From Planctomycetota bacterium (GTDB lineage: Bacteria > Planctomycetota > PLA2 > JAEUHO01): a DNA stretch of 64,000 bases. Under the pieces are notes generated by a model. That model saw nothing but the letters and a program-made list of their open reading frames with translations. It was not told the DNA's origin and ran no database searches. The position numbers were made by a program, and so were the translations under genes. Position 1 is the first letter of the stretch. The number at the start of each line of letters is the position of its first letter. This document shows positions 39,539 through 50,217 of this stretch, piece by piece. The stretch is taken from contig JBFWRP010000005.1 of the NCBI GenBank assembly GCA_050248855.1, positions 96,001 to 160,000 on the forward strand. The letters run 5' to 3'.

Positions 39539-41389
39539 GTGCAGCAGAGCGAAGATGTGCGGGGGCTGCTCCGCATCGGGGAGCACGTCGCGGCCTGGGA
39601 CGCGGCCGGCCGCATGCCCGACAGCCGCGAGGCGGTGCTCCTCCGTGCGCGCGCCCTGCAGGGGCTGGGTGCGCGTGGCGAGGCCCGGGCGCTGCTCCAG
39701 GCCCTGCCTCCGGGCCGACGCGGCGGCCTCGAGTCCGAGCGGCTCGGCCTGCTGGCTTCGTTGGCCAAAGCGGATGCCCTGGAGCTCGCGGGCGCCGAAC
39801 GCCAGGCCGGTTTGGAAGAAGCTCTTGCGGCCTACGAGCGCGCAGCGCGCGCCGTGCCTGGCAGTCCCTGGCACCCCATCAACGTGGCCACGCTGGCGGC
39901 GGTACTGGGGGACGGGGCCAAGGCCTCCCGCGTCGCGGGCGAGGTCATCGCGCTCTGCGACCGCCTCGAGCGCAGGGGCCTCTCCGGGGGCGATGCCTAC
40001 TGGGTGCCCGCCACGCGCGGCGAGGCCCTGCTCGTGGCCGGTCGCCACGACGAAGCCCGTGACGCGTACGCGCAGGCAGCGCGCCGCGCGCGTCGCCAGC
40101 GCTGGTGGTCGCACTTGGGCAGCACGCTGCGCAACGCTTCGCTCGTCCTCCACGACCGTCCCGAGCAGCTGGCGGACCTGCGTGGCGTGCTGGCCGTTCC
40201 GCCCGTGCTCGTGGTGACAGGCCACTTGGTGGACCTGCCGGGGCGCACGCCGCCTCGCTTCCCCGCGCGTCGCGTTCCGGCCGTGGACCGGGCCTTGCGC
40301 GCCGCGCTCGCGGAGCGGCTGCCCAGCGTGGGCGTGTCCGGTGGAGCGGCCGGCGCCGACCTCTTGTTCCAACGGGCGCTGGCAGCCCGGCGGATCCCGA
40401 GCGTCGTCGTCCTCCCGCAGGAGGGGCCGTGGTTCGTGGAGCGATCCGTCGAGGGACGCGCCGGCGGCGACTGGCTGGCGTGGCATCGACGCGCCGTGCG
40501 TCGTGCGCATCCGTGCCTGCGCTTGGTGCGGCACGGCTTCCCCGACGAAGGCCTGCTGTTCGAGTACGCCAACGAAGTCCAGGAGGGCTATGCCCGCGAA
40601 CGCGCGCGGCAGCTGGGCACGAGCGTCGAGCTGCTCGCGGTCTGGGACGGGAAGACGGGCGATGGCCGCGGCGGCACGGCCGACTTCGTGGAGCGCTTCG
40701 CGCGGGCGGGTGCGGATGCGGTTCGGGTCATCGACCCCGCGCGGCCCGGCGCGGGGGCCCGTCCGTTGGACGCCCCGCGCCGCTCGCGACCGCGGGCCCC
40801 GGCGACCACCGGGCGCGCGCTCACGGCCGCACTCTGCTTCGCCGACGTGCATGGCTACAGCTTGCTGGACGAAGACCAGGTCCTCGCGTTCGTCGAGGAG
40901 GTGCTGCCGCGCATCGCGCGACGGCTGGACGCCCGGGGGCGCCGCGTGCTGACGCGCAACAGCTGGGGCGACGCCGTCTTCGCGGCCTTCACCGACGTGG
41001 CCGTGGCCGCCGACTTCGCGCTGGACTTGGTCCGGCTGTTCGCCGAGGCGCCTTGGCCAGCGGGCCGCCTGCCCGCGGACTTGGGCGTGCGCGTGGCCCT
41101 GCACGCCGCGCCCGTGCACCGCGTGCACGACGCCCTGCTGGGCCGCACGGGGGTCACGGGAGCGGGCGTCAGCCACGCCGCGCGCTACGAGCCCGTGACG
41201 CCGATCGGCCGCGTGTACGCCAGCGCGCCGTTCGTGGCGCTGCTCCATGCACGCCATGCGCCGCGCTGGCAAACCACGTACGCCGGTCAGCTCGAGCTGC
41301 CCAAGGGCCACGGGCTCTTCCCGGCGTGGGACATCCGTCAGTCGCCCTTGGGATCGGCAGGCAGCAGGGCGCGCACGTCCTCGAGGTAG
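39539..41389 (+). CDS. TPR-like + SLOG + class III nucleotide cyclase protein
   Basis: N-terminal helical repeats (INVATL, YWVPATRGEA); SLOG motifs TGH, SGGAAGAD and AVWDG..GGTA; cyclase motifs FADVHGYS, NSWGDA, RVALH and AARYEP. GGAGG RBS before the GTG. Confidence 0.88.
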   Translation: MQQSEDVRGLLRIGEHVAAWDAAGRMPDSREAVLLRARALQGLGARGEARALLQALPPGRRGGLESERLGLLASLAKADALELAGAERQAGLEEALAAYERAARAVPGSPWHPINVATLAAVLGDGAKASRVAGEVIALCDRLERRGLSGGDAYWVPATRGEALLVAGRHDEARDAYAQAARRARRQRWWSHLGSTLRNASLVLHDRPEQLADLRGVLAVPPVLVVTGHLVDLPGRTPPRFPARRVPAVDRALRAALAERLPSVGVSGGAAGADLLFQRALAARRIPSVVVLPQEGPWFVERSVEGRAGGDWLAWHRRAVRRAHPCLRLVRHGFPDEGLLFEYANEVQEGYARERARQLGTSVELLAVWDGKTGDGRGGTADFVERFARAGADAVRVIDPARPGAGARPLDAPRRSRPRAPATTGRALTAALCFADVHGYSLLDEDQVLAFVEEVLPRIARRLDARGRRVLTRNSWGDAVFAAFTDVAVAADFALDLVRLFAEAPWPAGRLPADLGVRVALHAAPVHRVHDALLGRTGVTGAGVSHAARYEPVTPIGRVYASAPFVALLHARHAPRWQTTYAGQLELPKGHGLFPAWDIRQSPLGSAGSRARTSSR

Positions 41390-41928
41390 ATCGCCAGAAG
41401 CTCCTGGAAGAGGTCGATGCACTCGCTGATGTAGTTGGTCGTCACGCCGCCCCACAGCGGGATGTCCTGCTCGAACCACCAGTCGCCGTCGTCGTCGACG
41501 GAGACGGAACCGAAGCGTCGCTGGTTGTTCCAGCCGTTCTGGAAGGCCGGGTTGGGCGGGATGCCCTGGAGGATGTGGACGAGGCGGATGCCGGACTCGC
41601 CCTCGTTGCCCACCAACACGGTCTGCTCGTGCAGCGTGCAGAGGAGGCGCCCAGGCCGGTCGACGCTCGCTTGGGGATCGAACGCCTTCAGCAGCGTCAA
41701 CAGCTCCTCGTCCGCCAGGCGCGTGCGCGGCGCACCGGTGGGGGTCGGCTCCGCCTCGGTGGGGCGCAGGCCCACGGCACGACGAATCACGTCGAAGGCA
41801 TGCTCGACATCGGCATCGGGAACGCGGGCGTCCTTCTCGTCGTCCGCGCCAACGCCCCCCAGCCAACCCGCGAGGCCGCCCGCGACGAGCAGCGCGATCG
41901 CCACGACCAAGGACCTGCCGGGCGTCAT
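41338..41928 (-). CDS. Exported YbjN-like domain protein
   Basis: Signal peptide; NGWNNQRRFGSVSVDDDGD..EQDIPLWGGVT pattern. Confidence 0.7.
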   Translation of the reverse strand: MTPGRSLVVAIALLVAGGLAGWLGGVGADDEKDARVPDADVEHAFDVIRRAVGLRPTEAEPTPTGAPRTRLADEELLTLLKAFDPQASVDRPGRLLCTLHEQTVLVGNEGESGIRLVHILQGIPPNPAFQNGWNNQRRFGSVSVDDDGDWWFEQDIPLWGGVTTNYISECIDLFQELLAIYLEDVRALLPADPKGD

Positions 41929-42542
41929 CACTCGCCCTCCTTCGCCGTGCCACCGCCGCCGCCCTGCCCCCCCGCGGCGGCCGCCGCGGTAGCCGCCAGG
42001 CGCTCGTCGAGGAACTTGGTGAACGCGTCCGCCTCGCGCCCGAAGCGCGTCAGCACCTTCTGCAGCCGGAGCACGGTGGGCTCGGTCTCGGCCAGGAGCC
42101 CCCACTCGAGCGTGGCCACGTTGCTCCGTCGATCGACGTAGCCCAGGAAGAGCGCGGCGTTGTTCCACGCGTTGACGTGCTCGGCTTCGGCGACGGGCTG
42201 CGGGTAGCGGTAGCGCAGCAGCAGGTCCTCCCCGGTGCCCACGTGGAACACGAGGACCAAGCTGCGGCCCATCCACGTGAAGGCCAGCGCGTTCTCTTCG
42301 GAGCCGTCGATGGCCGCAGCCCCCCACCCCTCCAAGGCCGCGCGCACGTTGTCCTTGGTGCAGGGCGCGCCCGCCACGCCGTGGCGCACCGCGTCGCGCA
42401 GCGTGCGCAGCGCCTGCTCGACGTCCCTCGACGTCACGCTCTCGTCCTCCGCCCGTGCGCGTCCGGCGGCCACGAGGCCTGCACCCAGGGCAGCGAGCAA
42501 CACGACGGCAAGCCCGACGCTTGCGGTTCCTCGTTCGCGCAT
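41928..42542 (-). CDS. Exported YbjN-like domain protein (paralog)
   Basis: Signal peptide ARA-ED; VNAWNN..F.GYVD..LEW; shares a DVE-x-A helix with its neighbour; TGATG coupling. Confidence 0.62.
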   Translation of the reverse strand: MRERGTASVGLAVVLLAALGAGLVAAGRARAEDESVTSRDVEQALRTLRDAVRHGVAGAPCTKDNVRAALEGWGAAAIDGSEENALAFTWMGRSLVLVFHVGTGEDLLLRYRYPQPVAEAEHVNAWNNAALFLGYVDRRSNVATLEWGLLAETEPTVLRLQKVLTRFGREADAFTKFLDERLAATAAAAAGGQGGGGGTAKEGE

Positions 42543-42562
42543 GGCACCTCCTCGCACGCGCC

Positions 42563-44233
42563 TCAGCGCGTGTCTCCGCGTCCTGTCGTCTCGGCCACGA
42601 GACGGAACCCGATGAATGCGTCAGGGCGGTCTGGTGGCCAGCCCAGGCGCGACGAAAGGCGGACGTCCGCGGGCGTGCTGCCCCACGATCCGCCGCGGAC
42701 GACGCGAAGGCGGCCGCGAGCCGGCCCCAGCACGACCTCCGGTCCCGTTGTCGCCGGCGTGCCGAAGCGATCGGCCATCCACTCCGCGACGTTGCCCCGC
42801 ATGTGGCGCAGGCCCAGGGCATTGGCGGTCAACCGATCCCGGGGCACGGGGCGCGGCGCGCCGTCCACGCCGTACGTACGCAGGCGCCACGCCTGGAACA
42901 GGGTGGCGGCGCCCTCGTCCCCGTAGTTGACCTTGCCGTCTTCGCAGCCGCCGGCGCCACCGCAGGCCCCCGCTTCGCGCGCCGCGTACTCCCACTCGGC
43001 CTCGCGCGGCAGGCGGTAGCGATGGTGTGGGTCCTTCTCGACCGACAACCACTCGGCGAAGCGCTCGGCGTCGCCGTGCCGCACGTTCACGACGGGCTGG
43101 TCCGGCGCGTCCAGGTCCACGCGTCCCACCCGGCCTGCGCTGTGCGTGCGGTCGTACGCCCGCCACATCGCGTTGTCGACCTCGCCGACTTGCAGATAGA
43201 AGGGCCGCTCGAAGCGGACTTCACGCCCGACTTCGTCGGAGAACGCGTCGGGATCGTCGGCTTCGGCACCCAGGCGCGCCGTGCCGGGCGGCACCAACAC
43301 GAAGCGCATGCCGAGGGCGTTCTCGAAGGCCACGGGCAGGTGCCAGCGTTCGGCGGCGGCCCATTGCGCCTCCGTGGGCTGCGGATGCCAGGCGGGCGCG
43401 GGCGCCGCGCGCTCGATCGAAAGCATGGCGGTCGCAGCGACCGCCTCGCCGCGCACGACCTCGACGGCGACCGTGTGAAGGCGCGGCTCCGTCAGCGAGA
43501 CCGTGACGTCGATGTTCCCGTCGCCGACCAGGCGATCGCAGAAGACGCGGTCGCCGACGCGCACGCGCAGGCGATCCGCCGGGTGGGTGTCGTGGAGCGA
43601 GCCCTTCACGACCACGGCGTCTGCACGTACCCAGGCCGTAGGCCCGGGCGCCGTGATCTCGAGGCGTGGCGTGCCCTGCGGCGTAGCGGGTCCGTCGGGC
43701 CCGCCGGCCCAGGGCGCCCAGGCCATGAGGCCGCCTGCGACAGCTGCGAGGGCAACGAGACCCACGACCAGCCAGGGCGTGCGTGCGGCGCGCGGCGGGG
43801 CCGGGGCAGGCGTGGCCGACGAGCGCTGGGGAGGCAACGGCGACCGGCCACCGAGCGCAGCCTGCAGCTCGGGGAGCACCTCGACGGGCTCGCGTCCCTG
43901 GGCCTCCACCCACTGGTGCTGGTTCGTGTAGAACTCGAGCTCCGGGGGCAAGGTCGCCCCGTCCAGGCGCACCGGAACGATCTTGCGCCCCTCCTCGAAC
44001 GCGCGCTTCACTTCGGCCAGCACGTAGCGCGACGCCGCCGAACGCTCGCTGACCACGACGACCACGGCGTGTGCTTCGCCCAGCGCCCGCACGATGGCCT
44101 CGACGAAGCGCTCGCCCGCCGGGATGTCGCGCGGCGCGATCCAGCAGGGGATGCCGCCGGACTCGAGTGCGTCGCAGAGCCCCTGCGTCCACACGCCGTC
44201 GGTCTTGGCGTGACTGAGGAAGACGTGCGACAC
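42563..44233 (-). CDS. TIR domain-TM-Ig-like-FGE-sulfatase (SUMF1) domain protein
   Basis: TIR motifs HVFLSH, WIAPRDIPAG and S.YVLAEV; one TM helix; FGE motifs PVVNV, YRLPREAEWEYAAR, NALGL.HM.GNVAEW, RGGSW and IGFRLV. Confidence 0.88.
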   Translation of the reverse strand: MSHVFLSHAKTDGVWTQGLCDALESGGIPCWIAPRDIPAGERFVEAIVRALGEAHAVVVVVSERSAASRYVLAEVKRAFEEGRKIVPVRLDGATLPPELEFYTNQHQWVEAQGREPVEVLPELQAALGGRSPLPPQRSSATPAPAPPRAARTPWLVVGLVALAAVAGGLMAWAPWAGGPDGPATPQGTPRLEITAPGPTAWVRADAVVVKGSLHDTHPADRLRVRVGDRVFCDRLVGDGNIDVTVSLTEPRLHTVAVEVVRGEAVAATAMLSIERAAPAPAWHPQPTEAQWAAAERWHLPVAFENALGMRFVLVPPGTARLGAEADDPDAFSDEVGREVRFERPFYLQVGEVDNAMWRAYDRTHSAGRVGRVDLDAPDQPVVNVRHGDAERFAEWLSVEKDPHHRYRLPREAEWEYAAREAGACGGAGGCEDGKVNYGDEGAATLFQAWRLRTYGVDGAPRPVPRDRLTANALGLRHMRGNVAEWMADRFGTPATTGPEVVLGPARGRLRVVRGGSWGSTPADVRLSSRLGWPPDRPDAFIGFRLVAETTGRGDTR

Positions 44234-44501
44234 GTGCGGGCGCCCTATCGGACCGGCGCGGCGGGCCGCGTCGGGGGCGCCCGGTCCTCGCCAGGCCGAA
44301 GGCCCGGTGTCCCGGCCCCGACGGCCCGCGCCGGGCCGCGCAAGAGGGCGAGGAGCAAGCCACGCGACATGGGAGCCTCCAGGCGGTGCTCGCCCACGCA
44401 GCCACGCCGGCCGAGCGGACAGGTCCACCCTCGGAGTTTGGGCGGGCGAGCGGGTGTCCGCAAGCGGCCCACGGACGGCCCGCCCTGTACCCTCGCGGCC
44501 C

Positions 44502-44937
44502 ATGACGACGAACCCCCTGCCGGCCCTCGGCCCCGTGGACCACATCGGCGTGGCCGTCGCCGACCTCGAGGCGGGCAAGCACCTCTACGGCGAGGTCTTC
44601 GGGCTCAAGCTGGTCTTCGAGGAAGAGGTCCCGACGGAACGCGTGCGCGTCGCCGGTTTCGACGGCGGCGGGCTCCTGATCGAGCTGCTCGCCTCCACGG
44701 ATCCCGACGGGCCCATCGGTCGGTTCCTCGCCAAGCGCGGTCCGGGCATCCACCACGTCTGCTACCGGGTCCAGGACGTGGACGCAACGCTCGCGCACCT
44801 GAAGGCGCAGGGGATCCCGACGCTTGACGAGACCTCACGACCGGGTGCGGGCGGGTGCCGCGTCGCGTTCATCCACCCGAAGGGCGCGGGCGGCGTCCTC
44901 GTGGAGCTGAGCCAGCCGCCGGCCGGAGGGAGCCGCC

Positions 44938-44948
<11 letters not shown>
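44502..44948 (+). CDS. mce: Methylmalonyl-CoA epimerase
   Basis: [20 protein letters not shown] and FIHPK..GGVLVEL motifs. Confidence 0.93.
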
Positions 44949-46487
<1,539 letters not shown>

Positions 46488-46491
<4 letters not shown>

Positions 46492-48020
46492 GTGGCGCCA
46501 AGGTTCCCGCCATCCGCCCGATCAGGAAGCTGCTCGTCGCCAACCGCGGCGAGATCGCCGTGCGCGTGATCCGCGCGGCCCACGAGCGCGGCATCCGCAC
46601 GGTCGCGGTCTACTCGGACGCCGATCGCACGGCGCTGCACGTGCGCGGCGCCTACGAGGCCTACCGCCTCGGCCCTGCGGCGCCCGGCGAGTCGTACTTG
46701 CGCGTCGACAGGATCCTGGAAGCCTGCGAGGCCACGGGCGCCGACGCCCTGCACCCGGGCTACGGCTTCCTCGCCGAGAACGCCAAGCTTGCCGAAGCGC
46801 TGGCCGCGAAGGGCATCACGTTCGTGGGCCCCTCGCCCCACGCCATGCGCGCCATGGGCGACAAGGTGAGTGCCCGCAAGACGGTGGCTGACTCGGGCGT
46901 GCCGCTCGTGCCCGGCGCCGAGCTGCCCGAGCCCGGCAACGAGGCGGCGGTCAAGAAGGCGGCCGAAGCCGTCGGGTTCCCGCTGCTCGTCAAGGCCTCG
47001 GCCGGTGGCGGCGGCAAGGGCATGCGCCTCGTGCGCGAGCTCGGCGGCGTCGTCGAGGCCGTCAAGCGCGCGGCGAGCGAGGCCAAGACCGCGTTCGGCG
47101 ACGAGACCGTGTACTTGGAGCGCTTCGTCGAGGGCCCGCGCCACGTCGAGATCCAGGTCATCGCCGACGCGCATGGCCACACGGTGGCCCTGGGCGAGCG
47201 CGAGTGCAGCGTGCAGCGCCGCCACCAGAAGGTGATCGAGGAGACGCCGTCGCCCGTCGTCACGCCGCAGCTCCGCGCGCAGATGGAGGCCGCCGCCGTG
47301 GCCGCCGCCGAAAGCTGCGGCTACCTCGGCGCAGGCACCGTCGAGTTCCTCGTCGGCGCCGACGGCGGCTTCTACTTCCTCGAGATGAACACGCGCATCC
47401 AGGTCGAGCACCCGATCACCGAGGAGCGCTACGGCGTGGACCTCGTGGCCGAGCAGCTGCGCATCGCCGAAGGGCATCCGCTGTCGTTCGGCACGAAGGC
47501 CCCGACGCCCCGCGGCCACGCCATCGAGGCGCGCATCTGCGCCGAGGACGCCGACGCGGGCTTCCTCCCCAGCACGGGACGCCTCGGCCCGATCCAGCTG
47601 CCCGGCGGACCGGGCGTGCGCTGCGACGGCGCCGTGTACACGGGCCAGGACGTCACGCTGCACTACGACAACCTGCTGCTGAAGCTCATCGTGCATGCGC
47701 AGGATCGGCCGTCTGCCATCGCCCGCTTGCGCCGTGCACTCTACGAGACGCGGCTTCCGGGCATCACGACCAACATCCCGCTCCTGCTGCGCACGCTCGA
47801 CCACCCCCGCTTCGTCAGCGGTGACTACGACACGAGCCTTCTGGACGACGCCGCGCCCGCGGCGCCGGATGCCGACGACGTGCTGCCCGCCATTGCCGCG
47901 GCGGTCGCGCGCCACCGCCGCGTGGCCAAGCGCTCGTTCGGCCCCGAAGCGCCGGCTTCGAGCGGCCCCTCGCCGTGGGTCGCCGCGGGTCGTCGGCGCA
48001 CGCTCGGAGGGGGACTCTGA
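46488..48020 (+). CDS. Biotin carboxylase subunit of acyl-CoA carboxylase
   Basis: [39 protein letters not shown] and [10 protein letters not shown] motifs. Confidence 0.95.
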
Positions 48021-48541
48021 TGCGCTACTACGTGACCTGGGCCGGTCGCGAGCGCGCCGTCGAGCTTCGGCCCGCGGGCGACGGCCTCGTAGCCATCGTC
48101 GACGGCGTGGAGCACCCGGTCGACGTGGCTTCCACCGAGGCCGGCGACCTGCTCAACCTGATCGTGGGCGGTGCCAGCTACACGTACGGCTGTCGCTTCG
48201 AGGACGGGCACGCCGTGCTCTCGTTCCACGACCGCGAAGTGCGCGTCCAGATCGAGGACGACCGCGAGCGCCAGACGCGCCTCCTGACCGGCGGCGGACG
48301 CGGCGGCGCCACGGGGGCCAAGGTCAGGAGCTCCATGCCCGGCGTGGTCAAGGAGCTGCGCGTGGCCGTCGGCGACACGGTCGCGGCGGGCGCGCCCTTG
48401 CTCATCCTCGAAGCCATGAAGATGGAGAACGAGATCCGCGCACCCGTCCCCGGACGGGTCGCGGCGGTCCACGTCACCGCCGGAGCCGCTGTCGAGAAGG
48501 GCGTTGCCCTGGTCGACATCGAGGCGCCGGAAGATGCCTGA
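48020..48541 (+). CDS. Biotin carboxyl carrier subunit
   Basis: SMPG..V and LEAMKMENE biotinylation motif. Confidence 0.93.
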   Translation: MRYYVTWAGRERAVELRPAGDGLVAIVDGVEHPVDVASTEAGDLLNLIVGGASYTYGCRFEDGHAVLSFHDREVRVQIEDDRERQTRLLTGGGRGGATGAKVRSSMPGVVKELRVAVGDTVAAGAPLLILEAMKMENEIRAPVPGRVAAVHVTAGAAVEKGVALVDIEAPEDA

Positions 48542-48605
48542 GCGCCGGATCCGGGCCTCCAACAGGAGGGCCCGCGCCCCGTAGGAACCCGCGGGAGGCT
48601 CGTCG

Positions 48606-49436
48606 ATGCAACACCTCGCTCTCGTGATCGCCGTGGCGGCGCTGGCCGTCGCCGGCTGGACCTACCTGGAACGCCCGTCCGCCCCCGCGGCCGAAGTCGA
48701 TGCGGCCGGTACGGGGGCCCTGGAGTCCCGGCTCGAGGCCTTGGCCGACGAGATCCGTGCGCTGCGTGAGCAGCGTGGCCCCCTGGCGGGGCGCCCTGTT
48801 CCCACGGCTGCTCGCGGGCCGGGCCTCACGGCCCCGGAGCCGGCGCCGGCCGGCACGCGCGCCGAGGTGGTCCAGGGCACGATCGAAGAGCGTTTGGCCG
48901 AGCTCGAGTCCTGGCGCGAAGACCGCGAGGAGGCCGACCGCGACGCAGCCGCGGTGCCGCACTTCCGCAGCATGCAGCGCAAGATGATCACCGACGCGGA
49001 CTCGGCCCAGAAGGCCTTGGACCTGTCCGCCAGTCAGCGAGCGGACCTCGAGCGCATCATCGACGACACACGCCTCGAGATCGACCGCCTGATGGATACG
49101 CCCGACGAGGACGGCGTCACGCTGCGCAGCCTGCAGAAGGACACCGGCGTCTCGATCTCCGGGGGCGGCAGCATCGACATGTCCAAGATCCTGGCCAACG
49201 CCGGCAAGGTGCAAGCCTTCAAGAACCGCACCATCCCGGGCCGCAACGAGACCTACGCCCAGGCCGAGAACCGCATCCGCGACGACGCCAAGCGCCGCAT
49301 CCGCGACTCGCTCACCGAGGAGCAGCGTGGCAAGTACGACAACAGCTTCAGCGAGCCGCTGATCCCGCGCGCGGGAACGGGTGGGGCCATCAGCGTCGCG
49401 TTCGCGACGGACGTCGTGACGACCGACGAGAGCTGA
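48606..49436 (+). CDS. Hypothetical membrane-anchored coiled-coil protein
   Basis: GGGAGG RBS, N-terminal TM helix, coiled-coil; good codon bias. Confidence 0.78.
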   Translation: MQHLALVIAVAALAVAGWTYLERPSAPAAEVDAAGTGALESRLEALADEIRALREQRGPLAGRPVPTAARGPGLTAPEPAPAGTRAEVVQGTIEERLAELESWREDREEADRDAAAVPHFRSMQRKMITDADSAQKALDLSASQRADLERIIDDTRLEIDRLMDTPDEDGVTLRSLQKDTGVSISGGGSIDMSKILANAGKVQAFKNRTIPGRNETYAQAENRIRDDAKRRIRDSLTEEQRGKYDNSFSEPLIPRAGTGGAISVAFATDVVTTDES

Positions 49437-49971
49437 TCGGCGTGCCGTCGTGCGCGGCCTTCACGACGCGATGACGGCGCGGGTCGCGCAGATCCTCGAG
49501 GTACCGCCGTTCGGGGCCGAGCCCCCCGGGCGGCGCCACCACCTCCACGACGTGCCAGCGCCGCTCGCGCGCGAGCGATGCTCCCTCCCAGGCGCCCGTC
49601 ACGAGGCCGGCGCAGCGCTCGAGGTCGCTGGCCAGCTCACACGACCACAGCCGCACCACGTGCCAGCCCCCCTCTTCCAGCGCGAGCGTCTGCCGCCGGT
49701 CCCGCTCGACGTTGCCCCGGAGCTTGGCGCGCCAGAACGCCTCCCGCGTCCGCGGCGCCACGTAGTGCCGCGGGCAGCCGTGCCAGAAGCAACCATCCAC
49801 GAACACGGCCACCCGACGCCCACCATGCACGATGTCCGCACGCCCCGCGGGCGTCTTGGCATCCACGCGGTAGCGCAGCCCCCGCGCCCACAGCTCGCGC
49901 CGCAGCGCGCGCTCGGGGGCGGTATCCCGCCGCCCCACCCGCGCCATCTGCTCCGATCGGCTCATCGCCAT
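49390..49971 (-). CDS. vsr: Very short patch repair endonuclease
   Basis: RSEQMARV..RDTAPE, G.RYR, FVDGCFWHGCP, FW..K..NVERD and W.C.L motifs. Confidence 0.92.
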   Translation of the reverse strand: MAMSRSEQMARVGRRDTAPERALRRELWARGLRYRVDAKTPAGRADIVHGGRRVAVFVDGCFWHGCPRHYVAPRTREAFWRAKLRGNVERDRRQTLALEEGGWHVVRLWSCELASDLERCAGLVTGAWEGASLARERRWHVVEVVAPPGGLGPERRYLEDLRDPRRHRVVKAAHDGTPISSRRSSRRPSRTRR

Positions 49972-49992
49972 GCGCGCAGCGTACCGCTGCGC

Positions 49993-50204
49993 GTAAGCGT
50001 TCAGTCTCTGGCGTGCGAACGTGCGGCTCGCCAGATGCTCGGTCCCGCACCAGCATCGGCTCCTCGAGTGAACAGACCACGAGTCGTCGCCGATGCTGGC
50101 GCGCTACCGTCGCCCTGGCGACCCGATGCGTAGAGGTCGCGCCTCGCTCCGAGCGGCGCCTACGCAGGCCTGACGGCTGGTTCTCGGGGTAGGTGAACGC
50201 TTAC
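49993..50204. mobile_element. 212-bp non-autonomous IS66-type element (MITE)
   Basis: Perfect 11-bp terminal inverted repeats GTAAGCGTTCA/TGAACGCTTAC, flanked by an 8-bp direct repeat CGCTGCGC (49985-49992, 50205-50212). GTAA termini and 8-bp duplications are IS66-family traits. Confidence 0.8.
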
Positions 50205-50217
50205 CGCTGCGCGCATG

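Noticed and set aside
38424..44233. Canonical Pycsar or Thoeris system
   Set aside because: The architecture differs: CNB and TIR are in separate proteins, SLOG is fused to the cyclase with no SIR2 domain, and the genes are not in one operon.
49993..50204. Guide/omega-like ncRNA for the adjacent HNH nuclease
   Set aside because: The segment is structured, but the perfect TIRs plus 8-bp target duplication are better explained by a MITE insertion. An RNA role is not excluded but is unsupported.
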